A stretch of 64,000 bases of DNA from Balanoglossus misakiensis. Taxonomy: Eukaryota; Animalia; Hemichordata. Positions 40,501-54,274 of the stretch are shown here, piece by piece (within the stretch, counting starts at the first letter, position 1; each line of letters begins with the position of its first letter). Below the pieces are notes generated by a model. It saw nothing but the letters and a program-made list of their open reading frames with translations, was not told where the DNA came from and did no database searches. The translations under genes and the position numbers were made by a program. The stretch is taken from contig CM082580.2 of NCBI GenBank assembly GCA_040954595.2, positions 11,298,909 to 11,362,908 of the forward strand, read 5' to 3'.

Positions 40501-41806
40501 TTTATTATTTTTGTGAAGTTCATCAAGTACATAATATAATTCCTCTTTTGATTTTTTGTTTTGATTTGCCGTATTAAGTTTCCATGCAACGCGTATGAAT
40601 TGATACACTTGTATATTTCCCGGCATCTCATTCTCGAGCACTAAGCGTTTTATTTTCACATTTTTGCAATACTGTGATGTGGCGCCAATGTATGCCTGTC
40701 GAGGTAGCTTTTTCTCGGACGTGAGCAAACAAAACCTCGAAATCCAGCGAGAGTGGCCGACAAACCCCTTTTTCGATGACGCTCCAGTGACATAAGATTT
40801 TAGTACTTTTGTTCCATTACATACGTTTTGACGATTTTTCTCTTGCCTCTTGCCATGATTGTTTCACATATTTTGTCCATTTTCTGTGGAAAGCACAAAA
40901 TAAAATTAGTTAAGAGTGGCTTGCATTGAATTCAAGTCGGTGAATAAAATTGTGTTTGAAGGAACCGTTGGGACAGGCCACTCACCGAAATTGGAGGCAG
41001 TTTTCTTTCCGGGAAAACTTGATATGAGCAAAGCACACGCGGTCTGCAGTAAGTTGATCGTAGAATTCCACTTCCAGATTTTCCCGCCACGCCATTCATC
41101 CGATCACAACACCTGTCCAGCGCCACATCTCCGATTTCTCCGCAATCTGGTCTGTCGCGGGGACTCTGGAATCGCGGCACTAAATCCCCCGTCGATTGCC
41201 GCGTCTTTGGGCGACATTGTTGTCGTGAAGTGGGCCACTTCTCAACACCTTTGTGAGTGAGCACCACAAAGGGGGCCAGCCCCGAGCACGACAACGGGGT
41301 TGACTACTCTCGTCGAGTGACCGACAGTCATGCTTTCGGCCAAACGACAAAGTCGCCACCGACCCGTTGTTCGGCACGCGTCTCCACGCCAAGAGACGCA
41401 AGGGCCCAGTCAAAAGAGTGTAAGGCGACCGCCTGCCATAATGGAGTGCTTGCCTCTCCTCTGTTAAAAGTCAACCGAAAGCCCTTAAGTAAAGCCTTGT
41501 TTGAGGAGCGCCTAAAATCACCAAACAACGCAATTTTCTGTGAGGCTTTCATTATTCTACACAGGTCAATCTGCACTTGTCATAGACTGCCATAATTAAT
41601 CTCTGTGCCTAAATGGGCAACATTGACCCTTGGAATGACCTCAACCCATGAAGATTTCTCATCCCATCAATCCAACGAAAACTCACCAAAGACTAAATAT
41701 AGAAGTTCACTGCAAGCATAGACTCCAGGGTCTATTCTGCAAGTGCTGCTGGCAGAGTGCTCGATGGTACAAGTACATAGCGTAATAGTACAATGTAGAA
41801 GGGAAC

Positions 41807-41960
41807 TAGGGCTGTTTTTGACATAAGCGGTGTATTACTGGTCAGTGTTTTGTGTAAGCAGAACCTACTCATCATTAGGCAACAATAATAACGAGTGTAG
41901 GCACTGCTTACACGAAACTGACCAGTAATACTAACACACCGCCTATGTCAAAACAGCCTA
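41807..41960. mobile_element. Foldback / MITE-like non-autonomous DNA element, about 150 bp, TA-flanked
   Basis: Left arm ggctgtttttgacataagcggtgt-attactggtcagtgttttgtgtaagcagaacctac is the imperfect reverse complement of right arm gtaggcactgcttacacgaaactgaccagtaatactaacacaccgcctatgtcaaaacagcc. TA lies at 41807-41808 and 41959-41960 (Tc1/mariner-type target duplication). Confidence 0.7.
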
Positions 41961-44900
41961 TCTCCACACACGCGGTTAACATGAAGCGTGAACTGTCTTT
42001 GGTCGCAGGTGGAATGTCATTATTTGTGGGGTGAACGCATATCGGTATAAAATAAGGATTTGTTGACTTCTGTGGCAAAAATGGTAAAAATAAACTCATA
42101 TCGAATGATGTTAGCAACGATGAAAATTAGGTCGTGGTCGTGGATCACGTGATCCGGAAGTTACGCTTCCCAGATTTGTCCGACAAGACAGGTCATAATC
42201 TGATTCCGAGATTCTGAGAACTTTTCACGGGAAGTCCAAAACACAACGGCCAAAACAGTCCATTATTTATCTGTGCGCCAAACAAAAAAAAACCTCAATC
42301 ACGTCCTGTTAGGTTTCTTCCATTCTCTGCAAGACAAGGGGGAACCGATATTGGCACACGCCCTGATTGTAAATTCAGATGAGCGAGAAGGGGGGCTGAT
42401 GGCTGTTGAACGGTGGCAGAAACCCGGGCAGCAAACCTGGAACCGCAGCTTCAAATTTGTTGGTTTTGCCTCCGCATTGTGTCGTCAAGATTGGTGATGC
42501 AAGCGGGTCAGGGGTCAACCCATCCATCAACAAAGTCAACGAAACGTGTCCGTGTTAGCGCCATATAAATAAAAATGCCGTGATTGCAATTTCAAAGAAG
42601 CCTATGCAAAAAAAGGGAAGAAAAAAAATCGAAAGGGGGCGACGCGGCTCAAATTTCAGGCAATGCTATAAGCTGTTGAAAAGGGGGGCTGACAGAGTCT
42701 TGAATTTAGAACAGACATGGTCCACTGCAGCCACCCAGGATTGTTCTCGCATATTCTCGCAGCCATTCTTCAGTCGAGAGGGTGGAACATTGAAGTATTG
42801 ACTGACGTCCTTCATTTGGCATTCATGGCATCAAGTCGAGTGCATCACGGCCGCAGTAAAAACACATGCATCCCATGCTTTTTGTGGCATTGGTATACGC
42901 ACATAATTAAGTCAGAACCACGTGTTGCCAACTTAATATGCCACATATTCGCAGCTTGGCCGAATGGAGAAACTTGATCTGAGATTTCAATTTGCAACCC
43001 ATATAAGTAAAAATTGATCGCCGCCAGCAATAGAACCCAGCGAAGATCACGACGAACTTGAGAATATGTTTCAGATGAATTTAACGAAATTCCCATTAAA
43101 AACAACATCATTACAAAGAAACAAATTCGAAGTAGGCCTAAACGGATGATGTGGTCAAATCTGCGGACTTTTCAAATCGTGTCCATCAATTTTCGTCGAT
43201 CGATCCGTTTCCAATGATTAATGATCTGTGGCTTGAAGAAATGAACAAATGAGGCGGAAAATGATCGATCACCTATAACTGACTATTCTCAGAAAAAAAA
43301 ATACGCCATTCAAAGCGTGCACTCTCCCAAAATACCACTTAACCCCTGCGACATTTAGCTTATTGATTAAGAATCTGGTAAGTCAACAGTGTGACCGTTC
43401 TAGTTCGTTTTTTGTTTTTCTATTCCGAAAATTCTCAAGATCATATTGCAAGGTACAGCAGTATCTGTCACCCCCTCCCCCCACTCTAGCCCCCCCCCCC
43501 CCTCTTTCTGAAATGCTTCATTTGCAACCAGGCTTGTTTCCTTGCCGCACGAGAGCTTGTCACGTGACCCCAGACGCCCCGCCATGGGCACTTGGAGGCA
43601 CCTGTTGGAGAAGTTCCATGCAAGTGAAAGATTCATGCATAATGCACCGCATTCGGCCGGACACAGCAACCGCCAATCGCTTTCAAAAGGACGGAATTGG
43701 CAACTGTCTAATACAGTCTATATTCAATGACGCTCCGGATCGACGGTTTCTGAATGACTGGATGAAATTTCCACCTTAACGAGCTTCCTTTAACGAATGT
43801 GGTGGGTTCTTTCATAAGCCTATAATTTCAAACAGCCAGTGCTTGGAAATAAGCGGTCATTTCTCTCTGAAATATTGAATGTTTATTCAAATGCGGTTCC
43901 TCGACAAAAGCGACAATAAATAATCAAAAATAAACCTTCCGAGAGTGTCTCGCCGCTGCTGTTTAAAATTTCAACCTTTTTTTCCCCGCGCAGACAATGG
44001 CCCATGTAGTGGTTGGGCACGCATGGAGAATTGGAGAAGCGTGCACACTTACATAACACTCGTATATCATCTCCAAACCAGAAGTAGTCTTTTGATGCCT
44101 TTTTTCCAGGCTGTACTTTACAAATACATTCCTGACGGTATTCGCAATTCCCTTTTTTGTGGTTCGCTTTGGTGAAGGCACGCTCCGTGCGGTGGCTTCA
44201 CGCCTGGAAGTATACAAATTATCCAAGTAGTAATTTCCGTGACGGGGAATACGTGCACGTACTTGCCCCATATTTCTCCGCGCAAGGCGAGCATGCAGAT
44301 TCCCACACGATCGTCATATTGCAAATGTCTCTCTAACCCACAAAAAATCCTTTTCATAACCCTGTGATTTGATTGCGAAACATTGGACAAAACGTCACAA
44401 AGCTTGAAATTGCTGACCAAAATAATTACTCCATCATTTTTTTGACAAGCCGCAATGATGTCGTGTTTGTGAATGCGTGTACGTGTGGCGAGAATTCTGC
44501 CTCTGCAAAAGCGTGTGAAAGACGACATTCATGGCTTACCGGAACGGCTATTTCTCAGTCAAATTCTTCTTTATTCGGTGTGAACAAAACGCGAGTTTGG
44601 TAATACACCAAAACTGTAAATAGGAAGGGAAACGTTACACTGGTTACGTTCTTATCATATCAATAACTGATGAATATGTTAATTGGTTTAACTGTAATAT
44701 TTTTTTTTTCAAAAAACTCTTCCAAGTTAAACTAATCCTTGTTTGTTTATAACGTTTACTAAGGATTAAATGGCGGGTATGACAAAACTGTGTGGTTTTG
44801 AATGACCAAGGCAGTCAAGCATCGCCGATTTCAACAAGAAAGGGTGCCTAATATCTGATGCAATCTAATATTTGCCTTCCAGTGGGGGGAGTGTATATTT

Positions 44901-47900
44901 CACAAGCCACTTCTCCCGTTGTCCATTACACTTGAAATCGAGTACCTTAACTCCATGGTTACGGAAACATCGATAAGAAATCAAACCAGAGGGCCCTCTG
45001 CCTCTTTTACGAGTGGTTTATTTGACGAGGTATAACACCTAAAATATTAATATTTTCACTCGAACAAAGATTGCCTCGGTGGATTTAGAAATTTGGAGCG
45101 AACCTTGCTGTTTTATTGGTCTATTAAGCAAACAAACCGTGCTGGTGCCTAGTTCGAATGGTTTCCGCTCACCTATCCCTTGCTCTAAGAAACATCAATA
45201 AATGTTACAAAATGTACCTTTTGAAAAAAAAATGAAAATTTTGTATAAAAAATAATACACGTACACTTATCTCTTTGGTCTATCAATGACTGATATTTTC
45301 TGCTATATCGGGGAACACTGGCTGTCAACGCGAGAAGATAGGGCGACTGGCACGACGCATGCGTAGTGTAATACTGGAATAAGTCATCGAGTTAAAATAT
45401 TGATCCATGTATTGTCAGTGTGGGAATGTTTGCCGACGGTTGTATTGAAATTCCATCTGTTGGCCTCTTTTACAACCTTTCCTTGCTTCGAATCCATCCA
45501 GCTAATTTTCGGAGCCGGGTCGTTAGCAACGAGATCGCCGACAACAGTCAAGTGCCGCTTGCCGTACGAAGCAAGTACAATGTTTGCCGATACGACAGAG
45601 ACATTGACCGGTTTTTCGGAGTCGAGCGACGGCAAATGATTGTATTTCGCCATCCACTAGGTAGTCCCGATAATTATCAATCATTAATTTGTAGGGTGGA
45701 TAAGATATCGTTAACCGTACCGCAATATAATTTTAGGAATTAAAGATAAGGCGTTTTTTCTCTAGTCGCGACCTAATAAGTTTGTTGACGCTCGTACAGT
45801 TTAAGTGATAAAAAATAGATTACACGTCTGATTTTTGAGAACGATATTAAATAACACGTGCAACATATTCACGTGGTTGAAAAATAAATTGCAGAGAGAG
45901 AGAGAGAGAATATAGCAAAACACGACAGACTTTTTCGAATCAAATAAAGAGTGAGTTGAAATCGATGGCTTGAAGTCTCTATCAACAACTGGATCGAAAT
46001 CTCGGATGTTTAGCCGGAAAACGCTCTCTAAACAGACAGAAGGAACGGTATTAATTGAAAATGTCCTGCATCTAATCAATAATTACCGAAGGGCCAGGTT
46101 GAATCATCATCTCGCTACTGAAAAACATGGTGTGTTTTGTTCTCGACTGTTTCGAGATTCCTGTTTTGGGGGAAAGTAACTATAATCGTGGATTCTGGTA
46201 TATGGCGTCACCCAAGAATTGCCGTTGTTATGTCATATCGCATGCAGTCTCAGTATACATTTGTTTGTGTTATTGCTTGTTTTCACGGCTTATGCTATAA
46301 AAACTGGATGAATAAAACAAGCTATTTCACCAAGAACATCAGGTTCCCTAAAGACATTGACACAATATCTGCGCAAAGTCATCCGTGTATTACTCGCTAT
46401 CTCAATGGTATAGCGAGCGATATTTCTCATCTCAATAGGCTCCAGCTCTGTTTGTTTATATTGAACACACTCATAATGGCAGAAGAAATGAAACATAGGC
46501 ATCTGTTTAACCATCATTTATCATATCATTGAAGAGAGATCCGCACGCACATGCGTTGATTGTCATCTTATACAGTATCCATGAATTAAACAATGAACTT
46601 CAATGTGTGTGTTTGGTAAACCTAATAGTATTCATCATGCACCAACAGTGCTAATGATTTCCTGCTTATAGTGGTCTAAATAATGGCAGCATCGTTTGTT
46701 ATTACGAGACCTAAATTTTAACCTTGCGTAGAAAATTAAATATTACACATTGCGATCGTCGGGGGAAAGCAGCTACCGGGCTCGACGCGCGATATTTAAA
46801 TGACGTAATTGGTTTAGTCTACACGTTACGTCACTGCATTGAGTGTACATCATCGATAGAAAGAAGACGCAGCGTTTCTGTGACATTGATAGCGGGGTAT
46901 CGTGAGCCATTAAGTTACCGATATGTTTATTAAAGTAATGTATATTTTTGAAAGTCGATAAAGATACAGAAAATTGTTGGGGGACACCCCATCGGGATTC
47001 GACAACGGTGATCAGTGTAGCGTTTGACCTTTCAACCAGAATATAATCACGTCGCTGTGATTGGCTGCTGTTGAGGAAGAAGACAGCCAGAACAGCGACA
47101 AAAATGCTTCCAGAGCGAATACTTTTTTCGAGTTAATCCATTTTCTGAAGAGACATCGGTACAGAGATCTCCACGTGGTGCTGTGCGGGGCCGAGTTTGT
47201 AGATTTTCTATGCAAAATAGAAAGGGACATTGAAACAGGTGACACGTGACGCCGATGGATCTCCAAGAAAAACGTTATTGTGCGCGGTGGCGCTTTCTCA
47301 CCTATGTGTGAAAGTGAAGAACAGTTGTTGTGAATCGATTAGAAAGTGATTCGGCAGCTATTGTCGGGGATGGCGTTCTGTTTATTTGAGCAGCTTTGAT
47401 TTTGAAGATGATTTTGAAGATGGTTTTTACCACGTTTTCCCAAATGTGATGCAGCTGTCAGTGATAGTGTTCTCACCCCGGTAAACTCATTATACTGACG
47501 CGCGTACTGATATTTGTGACATACAACTATATACCATCATCAGCTCATAGGCTATACGGGATATTTTGAGACTATGCAAAGTTAGACGTTGTCTCTTTTC
47601 GCTAAAAATGAGAAAAAAAAACCCGCAACTTTCCAACTACGTCGGAATATATAAACTGGTGGCTGGTGACGTGTCTCCAGCTGGCTGGGCAAGCCCTTGG
47701 AGTGAAGTTGTGTACTCCAACGATGATTTTATTCTTGATGTTTGTCAGTGTATGAATGTCCAATCACCAAAAGGCCTACGGGTAATGGCGATTTAGCGGT
47801 GTTCTCCAAATAAAAGACTGTAAAGGGGGGAGCTATACTTGTTGTCCTTCCCCGCCGCCAGACTAGAATATCCTACCGTCATTCATGTCAATATTGTGGC

Positions 47901-49638
47901 TGTGGTGACCGTTTTCAGAATGAGCTAGGCTCCGCTGTTAGTCCGCCGGTATTGTCTCCGTGTTATCTTATGGAGAACGGTGTCTATTCTTTAGAAAATC
48001 AACTGACTCGGTCGTAAGGAAAACAGAAAAACAACAATACTGGTTGGTAATCTGCCCTGCGGGGCGCGCTTTTTTTGTTCGATGGCGGTATGCGATGCCG
48101 TGTTTTTCTTCTGGTCGGTGTTTTTTGTTGAATTGTGATGTTTTCAAGGATTAGGCGCCGGTGAAATTCCGAGCCCATTAATCGGAGTACAGGCTTTTCG
48201 GGCAGATAGTGTACTACTGGGGAAAATTGCAACTCTGAAGGTGAGACAATCGAACAACCTCGGCTGAAAGAACACACGAGAAAAATGGCATATCAATTAA
48301 TGCCTCAAGTGTATTGCAACATTCGTAGTCCATGTGATTCAAACAACCACGTGTTGTACACTTGGTGCACTTTTATCTTGCTTCACATGTCGACTATGAC
48401 TTCCATCTGCGAAGCGCGATTCCAAAATAAATCTCCAAACTAGAGGCCTGTGCGTGAATATTACTGAACGTGGGATGCGTTTGAAGACATTTGAAAGAGA
48501 GAAAGAACTTTTAGGCGCGTCACTGTCCACTCACAGTAGTGTACTCACACCCCTATGTCAAATATGGAACTCAGTGTATTCGGTAGCAGACAGACGCATC
48601 TTAAAAGGGCGAGAATTGCAAAATATCTCCGCTTTTGTCCCTGTACTTAGCTAGCATACGACAAGTCGTGATCAACAAATAGAGCTACTTCGAACGATTA
48701 CAAACATCCTCTTACAGATCATGTCAGTCCTTATACGAGAAAATTGCTTCTATTTGTTTTTCAATGACAAAAACTCCGCATGCGCTTGTATACATAAGAG
48801 TGTGTGATAAACACGCAAGACGGTGTCAATTTTGCATTGATATCATCCGCCTGAAATTGACCACAACAGGTTGCTTGTTTCCCAGCCTGTTGACCGCAAA
48901 TTAGGACGTCCGTTAGTCGCCGTTGGAACTCACAGCTATATATCTACCTGAGCTGTAAATAAGATTATGGATACTGTCATAGATTTTAGCTTTTGTTTTT
49001 CAGTCCGGTGAACAGTTTTTTTCTTTTCTTTTCTTTCCATTCTGTAGTATCTCCGTGGGAGTGATCGATGAAGGTGCGCTCTGCAATGAACAAACTCATC
49101 AAAAATTCAACGCGTTGACAGATGGCCGTCTATGGATTAGCCCTGCTACCCTTCCAACATCTGGGAAAGGGCGCAAATTTTCGGAAATCATGGAATATTT
49201 CTAACAAATCACGGTGCCGTTCTTGGCGGGATCGATTCGACTGTAGCGTAGGTTGGAAGAAAAATCGAAAATGCCGTTTTCAATTTCGCGTCTTGAAATT
49301 GCCGGACCGAGCGTCCACGCGCGCGCGCTGCTCGACGCGTACCTGGGAACACTTGCAAGTGTAACCAAAGAAACTACACAATCGACGGGTGACCTCGCAA
49401 ACAGCGTCCCTGGATGGGTAACCTGATCTTCCCCATTACACAGACGATTAGGACAATAATGCTGAAGGATAATTAGGGGATTCTCGGTGCAATATTAGGC
49501 TGAATATCTTTGTTTCTAAATGACAACTACAAAATTATTACCACGAAATACCAACACCAGCCTACCAAACTATCATTATTTAATTTCTGAGTAGTTGGTG
49601 AAGTTAAACTTGGTCCTTGTTTTTTTCAAGTTTCGCAG

Positions 49639-50300
49639 AAAATTCCAACGCACAAAATGCGAGCAACTTTGGCTGTAAGTTAGAATTTAGACGAAGCTGC
49701 TCTGGGATGCTTATATTTCACGGCATATGTGTTAAGTCTCAATCGAATCGAACGCGGACCGAGTCATTTTGCATTCCAAATTCTTTTCCCTTTCCTTTGA
49801 AACGTCACCAGGACAATTGAGGAGGAGGGAGGGGGCATTGGAAATTGCTACAAAAGAAACCTTGCACAATCGAGACATGGCCTCTAGTCGAGCGTCCGTT
49901 GATGGGTAACCTTCATGATCCACGCTGTGTACACAGATTGTTATGGGAATAGTGTTGAACTCGATGCATTTAGATTCCTGTCGAAAGGTTTGGCTCACCA
50001 GTCTTATCTTTAAATTACAGGGTACATACCGCCAAATATATACACAAAACGTTACATTGAAAATTTCAAATAACTGAGGAATCAAAAATTCCAACGCACA
50101 AAACCATTCGACGGGACAAAATGGCGTGGAAATGTGCCTGACCTATGACTAAGATATCTTTACGCTTGTTTTTCGTGCATTTACTTTCAATCGAATCCAA
50201 ACCGAGTAATTTTTGTTGTCAACTTCCTTCTCAGAGTTCTTTGAATCGTGTGCCTCACAAATTTCGAAATGTGAAAAATGGACCCTGGAAATGTTTGCCT
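49639..50300. repeat. Diverged direct duplication, offset about 447 bp
   Basis: aaaattccaacgcacaaaa at 49639 and 50085; tcaatcgaatc at 49739 and 50187; accgagt and ctttgaa-cgt follow in the same order in both copies. Confidence 0.55.
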
Positions 50301-52874
50301 TTGTAAAAAGTATACAAAACAGACACGGGTAAAATCGGATTACAGGTAACAGAAGACGTCGGACAATAACACAGAGCAGTTCGGGGATTACGACGATTAC
50401 GAGTTAACGACTTTCTTTGCAGAAAACAGAGAGTAACGAAGGAGCAGTATTGCGATTTTTAAAGGAATCCGTGTATGACCATGGTGAAGCTAATTTTCGA
50501 GTAATGTGTGACTGTAAACTTAAGACAAAACCTATGTGTTCAGTTGAAAAGAGGGTTTTCGATGGCTGTTATATTTTGTATCCCAATGCACTACAAACAC
50601 ACGCATTTCGATACTGACAATATGGATCGATACTCGCGCGGCTTTCAATGTAATTGGCCTCTAGACAATCCCCCAAGATAGCAAAACTACGCCAAAATAT
50701 CAAAAAATCTCTGGTGACAGAACAGCGCTTATTTTGACGTTTACATGACAGGATAAACGCTTGGGAATTTCGCAGGCCATGATGACACAGCGACCGTTAG
50801 ACGGGTTCGCCACGCAAACATTTAGCGTTATTGATTTATTGCAAAGAGGCAGCCGAGGTCGCTGCTTGCCCCAGAGATACGCATCGACACAGTTAACTAA
50901 GTGCTGTGGGGTTATTCAAGACTTTTTTTTTACCATATTTCAGTATTCAGAAGCGTGTAAGCGTCTGTAATGTGTGGGACGGTTCAAACCAAGCAACAAT
51001 GGCTCGGTTAGTATTGATCATGAACTTTTCACATTTTTTTTATCATCAGTCATCAAAATTGCGTGGGTTGCGTAAAGTTAAAGCTTCTGAACAGTAATTT
51101 GCGGCGCTGCCAAGCAAGGGGCCATGAACTGGCGACCCGGTACATACACTGCATGGCCTATCAGGTTGGTTGCATTAGCATCGTTGGTTGGGGCCAACAA
51201 AATGTCTCTCTCAGGATTGCTACGCTCAATAATGCAACTCGCATGCGTGCTTTAGCAATAGGTACTTCAACCGTCCGTCGATGTTTAACGCTGCATTTTT
51301 TAGACTAGAGATCGCACTTTCTGATGACAAGTACTAAACGTTTTCCCAATTAAATTTAAAACGTGTAAAACACTTGCCCCGAGAGTCTTAAAGCTTGGGT
51401 AATTACAAACCTCTTGTCAGAGACGCGCCTTCAAAGTGACCGAGCATGAAAGCGAAATTAGCCACTTCAACGGGAAAACACATTTCTCCTCCTGTTACTT
51501 GCTGTCCAAATTATTTTCTTTGTTGCAGAAAATTAGCCCGATAAGCCAGATAAATAGGTTTTTAATAGAGACGCGGTGTCAAAGGGTTGTTTAGAGGTCA
51601 TGACGCAACGGCCGCGGTGTGATTCACCCTAAGACAAAGGGGTGAAAGGTTCCCACGCCTAAGTACACAAATACGCTCTATTCTCCGCCGCTGTAAGCTA
51701 AATAAATAAACCAGACCTCACAAAATAGGTGTCTCATTTTCGTGCTAGTGTTCTCTCCATGCACTTTCACTTGTGAGACGGGGAAGGGGGTCTACAAAGA
51801 GCGCAACAAGTTAAGCCGATTACGGGCGCTGCAAAGACCATCAAAGGGGTGGGGAGGGAATGTATAGGGCGGAATAAAGCCATCAAAAAGACGAATGCGG
51901 CGAGCTGCTTTGCTACATTTACGCTGTATTTTGTCCAAATTATGGCCGTGGTGACAATTCTTGCAATCACTGACTTCCGATAAGTGCTTTTCGTGACTGC
52001 ATTTTGCCGAGATGGATTTGCTTGGACGCGCGCATCTGTGTGCTTCCGTCGCTTCGCGCGCCCGGTGTGGCCTGAGGTCTCGAAGAGACTAGTATCCAGG
52101 AGTAGCACACATGTTGTAACCAAGTTACCGGCACTGTTAGATCTTTTGGCACCTCCATGATCTAAACACAGACAACCAAACGCATAACCAGAGAAGCAAC
52201 ATGTGGTTGTTTGTGATATCTAACGCTGGTGGCGCTGCAGGACCATCTTAGGTGGGCTGCAGTACGACCTGAAACTGAAAGACTTCAGGGGCCGGGGGAC
52301 ATTTGATTGCAGTTCGGTTTCGTGTCAAGTATTATTGTATTTATGTGGTTCTGTTTACACTGGAATGCATTAAGTATTATTAGTACATGTATTTAATGTA
52401 AATTGTAATAGAGGGACTTACCAAAAGTAATTCGTAACCGAGTGAAATCCTTTACTGTGAGCCATACTTTATATGAACCCTTCGAAGGACGAGACTGGAA
52501 ACGTCTATATTTCAATGTCTGGATGTTGGAATGCTGGGGATCCGTCATGCTAAATATTGATTCTCTTGGGCCCAATCACGGCAAACATTTCACGTTGGTG
52601 TTCGGCGAGCGATCCGAGATCTCGCAACAGCGCCATTAACAGCAAACAAAAGTTTCAAGCCACGAGACAATGGTGGCGCTAGACTGGAGGTCAATCTGCA
52701 CTTGGTTCTTCGATTGGGGGGTTCTTTCATATTATTTGTGCAAGGAGTTTAACCTTGGCATATAAATCATCAAGAACCCTAAAAAATACCTTTAGATGTA
52801 AAGGCATTCTGGTGAATCTAACTGCCATGTGCAGTGTAGTTCCTAAAAAAATGAAAGAATCACAAATGCATGAT

Positions 52875-54274
52875 GGTAACGAATAAAGCGAATTTTATTA
52901 GACAACAATAACACGGACAAGAAAAAAAATGATGCCTGTCCTCTTTGTTGGAACATCAGCTTAGTGACTGAATTCTCTGATTAAGGAACTTACCTTTCTA
53001 GGGTGCAAAGGTCACACAGTAACCAAATTCACAAAATTTACGTAAAGGTTATGACTTCCTATGGTCAACTTGCACTACTTAGAACTCATTTTCTCCCTCT
53101 CACTTGCCATGAGGTATAATCTTACACATTTGATGAAATACTTGCACATCACAAACAGGTAAGACTGTAATTTTACAGTTTAAATTTCCCCTGAAAGAAT
53201 ACAATTAAAGGGATATATATTGAATTCACGACGTGATAGATATTACATATTGTCTGCAATACTACATAGGCAATAAACATGACCACATAGCTATGAACAA
53301 CTTTTTCATAACATAAACATTTCATTATTGCAGCAGCGAGATTAAAAGCACGTGAGCTGCAACTCCTTGCAATTTGTTTGTATCTTCTTTTGAAAACAGA
53401 GAATATTACTAAAATCAGAAATTTTCTTTGTCTTTAACAAAAAACATTAATGCTGATATTGTCACTTGAAATTTATATAAACAGAACATTGTGAAAAAAA
53501 CTTATTCTCACAAATATGTCACCTGCACTGACCTACAAAATGAAGACTTGAATTGACTGATGACGTCAGCAAGAAAGTGAAATTGGTAGTCCATGGGGTT
53601 TGTGAGTGAAATCTGGGTTTCTGTCTACTTCAGGTGTCTGGTGGGATTTTAACCACACAATGGTGGTTTATCAAAGTTGAGAAATAAATCTTTTTTTTAA
53701 ATATGCACATGGCGATGGGATATGCTGGAAGGACAGTTCAATGAGAATTACTGTATGATCAAAAATGAGTGTGAAATGCTCAAAGAACCAAAAAAGACAA
53801 TTTCAGGTTTTAGAATTAATATGAATGATGATAACTCCAACCAGATGGTGTATCAGATGTAGTTTTTGACTAAACACATGAATTTGAGCTGTCTGTCTTC
53901 TGTGGAGTTAAAAAATCTGTCGACGTCACTTCATTGCACTAAGTTTGTGGTTCTACACCACACGGTCTTCAGCAGAGTCTCTGTAATTTTGTTTCGTCAG
54001 ACGTGCGTCTTGTATCATACGTTGTCTTTTAAGCAGTTGGTTAAGTGTTGCCGTCTTGTTGTGGGCAGTTGTTGATTTGACTGCCAGAGGACACGTCTCT
54101 CCGTCAGTCAGGTTCACTCTGTCCGTCGCAAAAAATAAAAAATGAAAAAAATAGTTCTTCTGTCGGGGGCTGTTGTCTGTTGTGGGTGATGCAAAAAGTG
54201 GCAGGTCTCAGATCTGGTGCAGTCTCGTCTGTTATGAAGTTGAAGTTGTTGTTACTGTCAAGTCATAGTTATGT
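52875..54274 (-). other. RBM45: Probable non-coding terminal exon (3'UTR) of RBM45
   Basis: Acceptor cacttttctcttcaacag| (exon starts 54274) with a branch-like ctattaac upstream. AATAAA on the minus strand at 52894-52899. The matching donor AAT|GTAAGT is at 55009, 27 nt after the stop. Confidence 0.55.

Noticed and set aside
45384-45653. Minus ORF with Ig-like DPAPKISW
   Set aside because: Lacks the Ig cysteines and flanking splice sites.
6301-51657. Apparent 15-kb periodicity of the first four CGTGGGAA sites
   Set aside because: Four points, no mechanism, and the fifth site breaks the pattern. Treated as coincidence.
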